A DNA stretch of 54,155 nucleotides from a virus (taxonomy: Duplodnaviria > Caudoviricetes): positions 1 through 54,155 of the IMG/VR virus record IMGVR_UViG_3300022602_000132; one strand, given 5' to 3'. The position numbers and the translations under genes are program-made. Of this stretch, positions 9,911-18,567 are shown in pieces; position 1 is the first letter of the stretch; each line of letters begins with the position of its first letter. The notes under the pieces are model-generated. The model searched no databases and was not told the DNA's origin. It was given only the letters and a program-made list of their open reading frames with translations.

Positions 9911-12900
9911 TTGACTCAACCAACTCCACCGCAATATAGATCATCAACATCTACTGCACGTAGAAATACTTTATTTGTTGACTCTGAAGATCCACGTTTA
10001 CAGCCAGGAAATGCTAATAACCATAGGGGTCGAAGTGGTGCTGATATTGCAGAAATTGATGCAGGTAATTCAGGTTCACTAAATGCAGCGGGAGTTTCAG
10101 CTACTTTATCTGAAGGCGGTGGAGGAACTGAACAACCACCAGTATATGTACCTCCTATGGGAAATCAACCCCCAAAATATTATCCTGGCGGTAGTGGCCC
10201 ATATGTTTATATTTTAGATACACCAGTCATCACAAATGTGCAGTGGCAAACATCTGATCCAAATAGCCTAGAAATAGATTTTACATGGGATCCATCAGCA
10301 CCAGATAATGCTACCGCATCATCTTTCACAGTTTACCTAGTTGATACTTATGGTAATTCTGTGCCATATGCAGGCCTTCCAATCGCCCCAGGAACTACAA
10401 GTCAAAAAGTTATAGTTACTGCTGCAATGAATGAAGCTATGTTTAACGTGTTTACAGTAGCATTTAGCGATGTGGGAATACAAGCGGCGGATCCACTTAA
10501 TAATACTTCATCAATTGCTTATGCTTCTAAGATGACTCCTCCAATTGCAATGCCAGTTTATGTTTTGCAATTGAACCCACCAAAAATAATACCAGCTGGC
10601 GTAAGCCTTGGTTACACTATCAATTTCTGGGAAGACTCAGGTACTTACGGAAATGGAACTTTTGCTGCAGGAGAAACTGTAGGTATACCACCATTTGGTA
10701 GTGCAGCATATGACGGAATTGAAATTTGGGAAGTTGAATCACCCATAAATAATGTACCTACTGTTTTATTAAATTCAGGCGGGTTCCCTATTGGATGGAC
10801 AAGATCTTATATTGGCAAACTAGATCCAGTAACAATAAATACAACGGACACTCTTTACAGATATGTAATTGCAAGATTTGCTTCTATTGGTGGGGTATAT
10901 AGTCAATTTTGTAGTCCAGTAGGCGTACAACCAATAAGCCCAGTATCAGTAAACATCAAGGTTCCAACAGAAGCAACGGCAACAGCAGCTTGGGGTGGTG
11001 CAAATAATACCTCTATTATTATCAGCTATACTCTTCCAGGATCTACAGCATCAATAACTGCTGCATCTGGAGATGGAACAACAATAACTTATACCGCACA
11101 AAATACATTCAATGCGGGGGATCCAGTTCAAATTACTGGAGTTACCCCATCTTCTTACAATGTAACTGGGGTAGTTGGAGCTAATCCCACTTCAACAAGC
11201 TTTACTGTTTTAGGTACTACTACATCAACTTATACTTCTGGTGGAACTGCGACTTCAACAAATAATGCTGGTGTTTCGTTTATTACAACTTTAAGTTCTA
11301 ACAATCAGACTGGATTTTTTTACTACACACCAACATCAATATCTTTAACTGGAACAATTACTTTATCCGCAAATGATCTTCTAAACTATTTTTCACAACC
11401 ATTACCAACTTCATTTAATATATTACTTCAAAGTGTATCTGCAGTTGGTGTAAAGAGTAATGGAATTAGCGTATCTATAGGTTCAAGAACAGATTCACTA
11501 ACTTCTGTAAAACCAGATGGATCAGCAGTTTCGGTAGCTTCAGTTGTTGATGGCTATACAGTCAATGCTAACTATTCAGCAACAGATGCAAATACAATGC
11601 AAATTTATCAATTTTTTACAAATCCAACTTGGGTGGGTGACAATGATGTGCCAGACTATATGGATGCAGTGGTCTCTAGCCCATGGTCATCATCATCTCC
11701 AAACCAACTTATTGTAAATAACTTAACTGCAGAAAATGGTGGATACCAAATACCATCAGGAACGTTGCCTTATGCTGGATATCAGATAACATCTTCAACA
11801 GCAGGCTCAACATATATAGCTGGTTCAGACTACAATTACATTACAGGCATAACAGGATCTGGTCCATATACATTAACTTTAAAAAATCCATTAACATCAT
11901 TAACTGCACCCCCATTAAATACTAATGTTCATTTGCAATCAAAATCTTATGATGGTGCAGGACCAGCAGATATATTTTTAAACTATACCAGTCAAGTATG
12001 GCTTGTAGTTGCGTTTTATAATATTTATGGGGGAAGATCTAAAAGCTCTACAGTATTTACTGTAACACCTACAAATGCAACAACAACTTTAATTAATCAA
12101 GCAATCGCAGTAGCAAAAGGATCAGGATCAATATATCTGGGAGCCGATGCAGCTTCTCTCCCAAATGTAATAATAGGAGAGAATGGGTCAGGTTTAGGTG
12201 CTGAAGCAGGAATATTTGTATGGGGAACTGGATCTGGAACTACATTAAATACAGCACCATCAACATCAATTATAGGAGATGCAAATTCTCCATATACATT
12301 TGTAACCTCAAATGCACAAATTGCTGACTGGTCAATTACTGGAACACATATTCAAAATGATTTGTCTAATGGAACCTATCAAACTGGCTATGTTGGCCTA
12401 TCTGGTTCAAACCCAAGTTATTCAATTTGGGCGGGATCAACACATTCCGATAACTCTACTGGAGATGCTAAATTTAGTGTAACTCCATCAGGAAATGTTA
12501 AAGCTAGTAATATTCAAATAACAGGCGGTAACCTAGATTTGGGTGCTCCATCATACACATTAAATGCTACAGGAACTCTTAATACAAATACTTTAACTCT
12601 TACAGATACATCTTCTTTATCTAATGGAATGTACGCTTTTGCAAACGGTATCCCATTGGGAACAAAAATAACTGTAACCAACTCTACAACATTAACTTTA
12701 AGTAATAATTTAACTGTTGCGGTAAGTGGATTAGTTCAGTTTGTATCAACCACTGGAGCACATATAACAAGTACTGGTAATTTTGTTGCTAACAATGCAA
12801 TTTTAATCGGTTCCATAAATGCGACTACTGGATCATTTACTGGAAATGTAAATGTAGCGTCAGGTGGTTCCTTATATTCTGGAGGTTTAGATGGTAGTGG

Positions 12901-14224
12901 TAATTTAATTACTTCTGGCTATATCTTAAATTCAAGTGGACTATTCTTTAGTGGTAACGGTACAAACAGAAATACTTATATAACTTCTTCGGGCCTTACT
13001 ACAACAGCTGCAAATATTGGCGGATGGTCAATTAATTCAAATGCTATTTCTAGAACAGGGTCAGCTGGAAGCTCGGGAACGATATCCTTAGATTCATCAG
13101 CTGGAACAATATCTGTTTCTGCACCAAATGTTCCAAACTATGCAGCGGGAATAAATGCACCGTGGGTAGGTTCAAGTTCACCTCTTCAAATACCTTCGAC
13201 TTCAGGATCAGCGACTGGTGCCGAGAACGTATTTTGGGCTGGAACTGGTGGAGCATACTCAACGAGTAATTCTTTTAGAGTAACAATAGGTGGAGACTTA
13301 TATGCAACTAAAGCATATATTTCTGGCGGATTAATTCAAACATCTGGTGGAACTGGCTCTAAGAATGTAATTAAAATTGATGCTTCTAATGACTGGATAT
13401 CTTTAGGTGATTCTGCAGGTACAGGATATTTTGCTACAAGAAACAATAATATATACTTGATATCTCCTTCTAACTCAACTCCATGGTCAGGTGCAGCAAC
13501 TCCAGGAGCACCAACTGTTGCAGAGGGTAAGGCAGCTCCAGTATCAGGTAGCCCTTATTTAGCAGCAGGAAAAAGCTTTACAGATTCATATGGTCAAGCA
13601 GCATCAGGAATTGGAATATATACTGGAGCATGGGATTACTTTAACAATGGTGGAACAAGTGATCCTTTTATAACAGTAACTAAAACAAATGCTGGAACTG
13701 GCGGAAGCATACAGATCTCTGGTGGTCCAGCTATAGGTATACTTGTTGAAAAAGGTGGAGAAGCAACAGACAACTTTAGTCAACCAACAATTTTAATGTA
13801 TACCGCAAACAACACTGCTGGAAGTGGAAGCTATTCCCCATCAACAGCCTATGGATCTTGGATGACCTTATCAAATCAAGAAATTACTATATCTACTGCT
13901 TCACTGCCAGTTGGAACCTATACAGGTTCAGATGGCCAACAACATTCACAACCTGCACAACAGTATATTAAGTTTGGTAAAGATGGACTTCATATTAATG
14001 GTCTAACAGTATTTGGAAGTGATAATAGACTTGCTAATATAAGTCCAACGAATTCACCATTTACAAGAGTAATGCAATATGCCCCATATCAAACTGTAAG
14101 CGAAAATACTCAAATTAACGGTGGCGACATTGTGACTGGATTTGCGGTATACTATGGTAGTATATCACCTGTATCTGGCGGAGCCAGTACAGGTTTCATA
14201 GGAGATTTGTGGGTACAGTTCTAA
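9911..14224 (+). CDS. Long tail fibre / host-specificity protein
   Basis: 1437 aa Ser/Thr/Gly-rich, Fn3-like segments, 'IGGWSI' and 'FSVTPSGNV' fibre motifs, C-terminal 'GDLWVQF'. Confidence 0.7.
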   Translation: MTQPTPPQYRSSTSTARRNTLFVDSEDPRLQPGNANNHRGRSGADIAEIDAGNSGSLNAAGVSATLSEGGGGTEQPPVYVPPMGNQPPKYYPGGSGPYVYILDTPVITNVQWQTSDPNSLEIDFTWDPSAPDNATASSFTVYLVDTYGNSVPYAGLPIAPGTTSQKVIVTAAMNEAMFNVFTVAFSDVGIQAADPLNNTSSIAYASKMTPPIAMPVYVLQLNPPKIIPAGVSLGYTINFWEDSGTYGNGTFAAGETVGIPPFGSAAYDGIEIWEVESPINNVPTVLLNSGGFPIGWTRSYIGKLDPVTINTTDTLYRYVIARFASIGGVYSQFCSPVGVQPISPVSVNIKVPTEATATAAWGGANNTSIIISYTLPGSTASITAASGDGTTITYTAQNTFNAGDPVQITGVTPSSYNVTGVVGANPTSTSFTVLGTTTSTYTSGGTATSTNNAGVSFITTLSSNNQTGFFYYTPTSISLTGTITLSANDLLNYFSQPLPTSFNILLQSVSAVGVKSNGISVSIGSRTDSLTSVKPDGSAVSVASVVDGYTVNANYSATDANTMQIYQFFTNPTWVGDNDVPDYMDAVVSSPWSSSSPNQLIVNNLTAENGGYQIPSGTLPYAGYQITSSTAGSTYIAGSDYNYITGITGSGPYTLTLKNPLTSLTAPPLNTNVHLQSKSYDGAGPADIFLNYTSQVWLVVAFYNIYGGRSKSSTVFTVTPTNATTTLINQAIAVAKGSGSIYLGADAASLPNVIIGENGSGLGAEAGIFVWGTGSGTTLNTAPSTSIIGDANSPYTFVTSNAQIADWSITGTHIQNDLSNGTYQTGYVGLSGSNPSYSIWAGSTHSDNSTGDAKFSVTPSGNVKASNIQITGGNLDLGAPSYTLNATGTLNTNTLTLTDTSSLSNGMYAFANGIPLGTKITVTNSTTLTLSNNLTVAVSGLVQFVSTTGAHITSTGNFVANNAILIGSINATTGSFTGNVNVASGGSLYSGGLDGSGNLITSGYILNSSGLFFSGNGTNRNTYITSSGLTTTAANIGGWSINSNAISRTGSAGSSGTISLDSSAGTISVSAPNVPNYAAGINAPWVGSSSPLQIPSTSGSATGAENVFWAGTGGAYSTSNSFRVTIGGDLYATKAYISGGLIQTSGGTGSKNVIKIDASNDWISLGDSAGTGYFATRNNNIYLISPSNSTPWSGAATPGAPTVAEGKAAPVSGSPYLAAGKSFTDSYGQAASGIGIYTGAWDYFNNGGTSDPFITVTKTNAGTGGSIQISGGPAIGILVEKGGEATDNFSQPTILMYTANNTAGSGSYSPSTAYGSWMTLSNQEITISTASLPVGTYTGSDGQQHSQPAQQYIKFGKDGLHINGLTVFGSDNRLANISPTNSPFTRVMQYAPYQTVSENTQINGGDIVTGFAVYYGSISPVSGGASTGFIGDLWVQF

Positions 14225-16954
14225 ATGGGATTTTTTGTAAAGAAGGATAGTTCTACTTGGACTAAATCCACGGGCTTCTTTGTAAAATCTGCAAATGGTT
14301 GGAAAGCAATAACAAATGCTTTTGTAAAAACAGCAACTGGATGGATTCAGTTTTGGCCAAAAGCTTTGGTATCTGATTCTAATGCTACAATTTCAATAAC
14401 CACATCTAATTATTTAATTACTCTTGTTGGAACAAATTATCATTGGACAAGCTCTTCTGCTGTTACATTAACTTATGATTTTCAATGGTCAACAGACAAT
14501 ATATCTTGGTTATCTATGTATACAGGCACAACACCAAATGGATTGTCTGGGTCACAATCAATGTCAAACCCATCATCTGGATCAAGCAATACTGTAACAT
14601 TTCCAATATCTAGTGCATCAAGTTTTGTTCAATCAGATGCAACTAACTATTATCAGTTTGTGGTTTATGCAAGTGCGGGTGGCGAGACAGGTTCTTCTTC
14701 TGCTGTAACAAATTTTGTTGGACCAACAACTCCAAGTTTAACTGCAACTTTACAATCTAATGGGTCAATTAAGCTTACACCTTCATCTTATGGTTCTGAT
14801 GCAAGTTTTAGTTATTATAGGTACGATAATTCATTAGGTTATTATGTTCAACTTAGTGGTTCAATAGATGGATCACCTCAGTCTGGCACCAACTCATATG
14901 AAGTATATGGATGGACAGGGCCGAGCCAAAATGGTTATCAAAGCAATAACTCAATCCCAGCCAACGCTACTTCAGCAACATTTTATTGTTTAACCCAAAC
15001 TCAAGCATTTCCAGGATATCCTTCAACCTGTTCCTGGACACACGCATCGTATGATCAGTCTGGATCAGGTACGGGCTATTCTACATCTTGTCAAATAAGT
15101 ACATATCCATCAAACTCAACTTGTATTTATCCATTATCAAATCCAGGAGGCGGGGATACAAGTTATACTGCAGATTATAAGTGCACAGCAGCAGTTATAG
15201 CATATCCAAACTTTAACTGTTTTTATATAGAATCTCAAACTAATCCAAATAATAGTTATACTTGCAACTACGCAAGTCCAACCTATCCTACTGTAAATGG
15301 TTGTGGTGGCAGAACAACTCAGAACCCTCAATTAGGAGATGCAACATCAATTGTTAATGGAACTCCAGTGGTCACTACAACTACTGTTCAGTATCCAATT
15401 TGTACTGATGGATCAGTCACTACAGATTCAGGCGGAAACCTGAAATATAATTCGGGAACTTACACAACATATTATAATGTTGTAGTTACAGCAACTCCAC
15501 AATTTATTAGTGGTGATGGACAGCAAACCCCATATATGGATACTACATATTATCCTCCAACTCAGCATTATGTGAATGAGTCAACTTATTACACGACTGC
15601 CAGTGCTTCTCAACTATGTAATGGCGGTTGTGGATATGCACCTACATCAACCAGTTCAACAGCTGTAAATTTGGACTTGTCTTCTAATGGAACAGATTAT
15701 CCAGGAACAGAGTCGGGTTGTACGGATTCTTCGGGTAATTTTAATACTAATGGAACATACTATACAGTTATGTCGTATGATACTTATGCTTATCCAGTTA
15801 CAAATTTATGTACAAATACAATTGTAGCTTATGTTAATCCATACAACGTAGTATTATCTAAAACTAGCACACAATCTTGTGGAAAATGTGGTTATACCTG
15901 TCAGTGGTACTGCACAACAAGTACTCAGTGTGCTGGTACGGGAAATTGTGGATATACTACTCCAGGATACGATGCTTCTGGAAGCGGAACTGGGTATAGT
16001 ACAGCATGTTCATATAACGGAACTGCAACATATCCAACTTGTGCTTCAACAAGCTGCCCAACATATTATTGCACTAAAGAAGTAGATGCTTATCCCTATT
16101 ATAGTTGCTATTACACAAGTGGATATTCTTCATCAGTTTCTGGATATACATGCCAGCTAAACAGTTATCCTGTAGTTGGAAATTGTACCTATCCTAATAA
16201 CTCAGGAACCCTAGGTCAAACACAAAATACTCAGGTGGCATCACCTTCACCAGTTGTTGCACAAAATACTCAGGTGGCATCTCCACCTGCACCAGTTCAA
16301 AATACTCAGGTTCCAGCACCAGTTTCCAATGGTGCTCCACCAATTCCAGCACCAGTTCAGCAAACACAAAATACTCAGGTGGCATCTCCACCTGCACCAG
16401 TTGTTGCACAAAATGCTGGTGTGCCACCAGTTGTTGCACAAAATACACAAAGTACACAGATTACGGGCGGATGTTTTGTGTATGGAACTCAAATTCAAAT
16501 GGCAGACGGTTCATGGCAAAATATTGAAGACTTGTATATTGGAGACGAAGTAATGGCAGCTATTGTTCCTACAGTTCCAGATATTGAAGATCCAGCAGCA
16601 GACTACATTTATACTTGGTCTGCAAACAATATTGATGGGACAACAAAGAGTTCAGCATACGTTACAAACGTTGTAAATAGAGCATTTACATCATATTACC
16701 TTATCAATGACGAGGTTAAGGTAACATTTGAGCACGTTGTTCCAGTACAACAAGATGGTGTATGGAGATTTATAGAAGTTCTTGCAATTAATGTTGGAGA
16801 CAACATAATGGATGAAAATCTAAATATAGTGCCAGTTAAATCAAAGGAGCTTATACAGGACCTAGTTCAAACAACATCTATATCTATGAATGAAAGAGAT
16901 ATTTATTTTGTTAAGGGTATGATGGCTCACAACTCACAAGCAGTAGCTAAGTAA
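14225..16954 (+). CDS. Tail fibre tip/adhesin with Cys-rich repeats, Pro-rich repeat tract and C-terminal Hint domain
   Basis: N-terminal triple (F)VKxxxxW motif; Cys/Tyr/Thr-rich middle; QNTQVASPPAPV repeats; Hint motifs at the C-terminus. Confidence 0.7.
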   Translation: MGFFVKKDSSTWTKSTGFFVKSANGWKAITNAFVKTATGWIQFWPKALVSDSNATISITTSNYLITLVGTNYHWTSSSAVTLTYDFQWSTDNISWLSMYTGTTPNGLSGSQSMSNPSSGSSNTVTFPISSASSFVQSDATNYYQFVVYASAGGETGSSSAVTNFVGPTTPSLTATLQSNGSIKLTPSSYGSDASFSYYRYDNSLGYYVQLSGSIDGSPQSGTNSYEVYGWTGPSQNGYQSNNSIPANATSATFYCLTQTQAFPGYPSTCSWTHASYDQSGSGTGYSTSCQISTYPSNSTCIYPLSNPGGGDTSYTADYKCTAAVIAYPNFNCFYIESQTNPNNSYTCNYASPTYPTVNGCGGRTTQNPQLGDATSIVNGTPVVTTTTVQYPICTDGSVTTDSGGNLKYNSGTYTTYYNVVVTATPQFISGDGQQTPYMDTTYYPPTQHYVNESTYYTTASASQLCNGGCGYAPTSTSSTAVNLDLSSNGTDYPGTESGCTDSSGNFNTNGTYYTVMSYDTYAYPVTNLCTNTIVAYVNPYNVVLSKTSTQSCGKCGYTCQWYCTTSTQCAGTGNCGYTTPGYDASGSGTGYSTACSYNGTATYPTCASTSCPTYYCTKEVDAYPYYSCYYTSGYSSSVSGYTCQLNSYPVVGNCTYPNNSGTLGQTQNTQVASPSPVVAQNTQVASPPAPVQNTQVPAPVSNGAPPIPAPVQQTQNTQVASPPAPVVAQNAGVPPVVAQNTQSTQITGGCFVYGTQIQMADGSWQNIEDLYIGDEVMAAIVPTVPDIEDPAADYIYTWSANNIDGTTKSSAYVTNVVNRAFTSYYLINDEVKVTFEHVVPVQQDGVWRFIEVLAINVGDNIMDENLNIVPVKSKELIQDLVQTTSISMNERDIYFVKGMMAHNSQAVAK
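16217..16450 (+). repeat. Imperfect intragenic tandem repeats (CAAAATACTCAGGT.../CACCAGTT modules) encoding QNTQVASPPAPVV
   Basis: Four copies of CAAAATACTCAGGT, repeated CACCAGTT and three CCAGTTGTTGCACAAAAT units are directly visible. Confidence 0.9.
16472..16933 (+). other. Hint / mini-intein domain (aa 750-903 of 14225..16954)
   Basis: Block A 'CFVYGTQIQMADGSWQNIEDLYIGDEV', block B 'VTFEH' (TxxH), block F/G 'IYFVKGMMAHN' followed by Ser+1; no homing endonuclease. Confidence 0.85.
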
Positions 16955-16964
16955 GGGGAATAAA

Positions 16965-17543
16965 ATGGAAAAAGAAGTAATTGGAGAAAAAATAGTAGTT
17001 TACAAAAACTTAATAGATGGTGAACAAATAATTAAAGATGCATATGCGTTGTCATCTAAATTTCAATTAAAGTGGACTACTGGTGTTATTAATGAGGGGG
17101 TAGTTGATAGAAATGTGAAAAGCTGTTCAATCATTAACCTGCATGATAACGCAGCCGATTCAAGAGATCTGTATCGTGAAAAGAATAAAATTACTAGAGT
17201 GCTAGATGAATCATTTGGTCCTGCTATGATGGATTACGCAAAAACATATGGCTTTAGAGTAAAGCAAAAAGAAGGTTGGGAATTTATGAGGTATGAAGAG
17301 ACTGAGAAATTTGATTTTCATACTGATCAGTCAGAATTTCATCCTTGCGAAATATCAATGGTTGTTTATCCTAATAGTGATTATGAAGGTGGCCAGATGC
17401 AATTTTTTAATTACATGGACGGGTACCCATGGAAACCTGTTGCAAATAGCATAATCTTTTTCCCATCAACTGCAGACTATAGACACAGAGTGCTTCCAGT
17501 TACATCTGGAACAAGATATTCAATTATTAACTTCGCTTTTTAG
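16965..17543 (+). CDS. 2OG-Fe(II) oxygenase, prolyl 4-hydroxylase-like
   Basis: HTD...YPNSDYEGG...HRVLPVTSGTRYS. Confidence 0.85.
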   Translation: MEKEVIGEKIVVYKNLIDGEQIIKDAYALSSKFQLKWTTGVINEGVVDRNVKSCSIINLHDNAADSRDLYREKNKITRVLDESFGPAMMDYAKTYGFRVKQKEGWEFMRYEETEKFDFHTDQSEFHPCEISMVVYPNSDYEGGQMQFFNYMDGYPWKPVANSIIFFPSTADYRHRVLPVTSGTRYSIINFAF

Positions 17544-17573
17544 TTGACATAAAAAGAAATGGTATGGTAGAAT
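17544..17573 (+). promoter_or_regulatory. Sigma70-type promoter for a leaderless mRNA
   Basis: TTGACA-N18-TAGAAT (with TGn), ATG only 5 nt downstream, no SD. Confidence 0.7.
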
Positions 17574-17578
17574 AAAGC

Positions 17579-17800
17579 ATGGCTAAAACGTTAGAAGGAA
17601 TTCCAGACGACTGGAAATGGATTGCACTTATTATAGATGATGAGATAGTATCCAAAATGGCTTGGGACCCAAGGCTTGCATCAATCCTTTTGAGTAACCC
17701 TCAGATTGTTGATGTTACAGATATTTGGGATCAGGTTCATGAAGGATTTAAATTTGATGGCAAAGATTTTATACCGAATGGAGAAGAAGTTGAGTGGTAG
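17579..17800 (+). CDS. Small hypothetical protein (possible fibre-associated protein)
   Basis: ORF with own promoter; 'ALIIDDEIV...SILLSNPQIVDVT...GFKFDGKDF'. Confidence 0.55.
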   Translation: MAKTLEGIPDDWKWIALIIDDEIVSKMAWDPRLASILLSNPQIVDVTDIWDQVHEGFKFDGKDFIPNGEEVEW

Positions 17801-18068
17801 AGAGTGGGATAACCTCCCAGAAGAACAGAAGCGTGTAGCTCGTCCTTGGGATATTTTAGATCCCAATATGCCAAAGGTAACTGAAAAAATCCGTAAAGAG
17901 CGAATTGATGCTTGCATGGGTTGCGAAAACTTAATCAAGTTTACAAAGCAATGTAAAAAGTGTGGTTGTTTTATGAAGGTTAAGAGCAATATTCCATGGG
18001 CATCCTGCCCTATTGGAAAGTGGGATGCTGTGGCGGACGAGCCAGTAAATAACCCACCAGTGGTATAA
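17790..18068 (+). CDS. Small Cys-rich protein (DUF6171-like)
   Basis: 'ERIDACMGC...QCKKCGCFMKVK...ASCPIGKW'; GGAG SD before TTG at 17790 (ATG 17778 is an alternative start). Confidence 0.65.
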   Translation: MSGREWDNLPEEQKRVARPWDILDPNMPKVTEKIRKERIDACMGCENLIKFTKQCKKCGCFMKVKSNIPWASCPIGKWDAVADEPVNNPPVV

Positions 18069-18103
18069 TATATATATAGTGTTTATAAAATATAGGGGGA
18101 AAA

Positions 18104-18349
18104 ATGGCAGAAATATCAATTGATGAAAAGATCAACATTGTTGAATCACACATCAAAAATGTTGAGTATAATCAATATAATAACCAGCTTGGAATTCTTG
18201 AGGAAAAAGCAAAGGCTTCTCCTAGCCAAGCAAACCTTTCTTCTCTCTCAGCTAATGCTGCAGACTATGTTAATCAGCTAGCCTCGCTTAATGCTGAGCT
18301 AGTTACCTTGCAGGCACAGCAAACAGTAGTGCCACCAGCAGCCAACTAA
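18104..18349 (+). CDS. Small coiled-coil hypothetical protein
   Basis: TGGTATAAT upstream, GGGG SD, heptad pattern. Confidence 0.55.
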   Translation: MAEISIDEKINIVESHIKNVEYNQYNNQLGILEEKAKASPSQANLSSLSANAADYVNQLASLNAELVTLQAQQTVVPPAAN

Positions 18350-18364
18350 TAGAATAGGTATACA

Positions 18365-18559
18365 ATGGAAAAAGCAGAATTAGTTATTACTGCTCTACAA
18401 CAACGCATCGGTGAAATGGCAGCTCAATTTGAGCTAGAAAAAGCTATGTTAAGAGCAGAGTACACAGAACTTTTAAATAAGCATGAAGAATTAAATAAAC
18501 AAATTTCACTTGAAGAATACTCTCAGGATGTTTCTGATAAAGCGGGAATTAAAAATTAA
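18365..18559 (+). CDS. Small coiled-coil hypothetical protein
   Basis: 'LVITALQQRIGEMAAQFELEKAMLRAE' heptads; AAGG SD. Confidence 0.55.
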   Translation: MEKAELVITALQQRIGEMAAQFELEKAMLRAEYTELLNKHEELNKQISLEEYSQDVSDKAGIKN

Positions 18560-18567
18560 GTAGATAT

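Noticed and set aside
16217-16450. Repeat tract as CRISPR array or DGR template/variable region
   Set aside because: Repeats are in-frame coding, irregularly spaced and lack unique spacers; no reverse transcriptase or adenine-specific variant copy is in the window.
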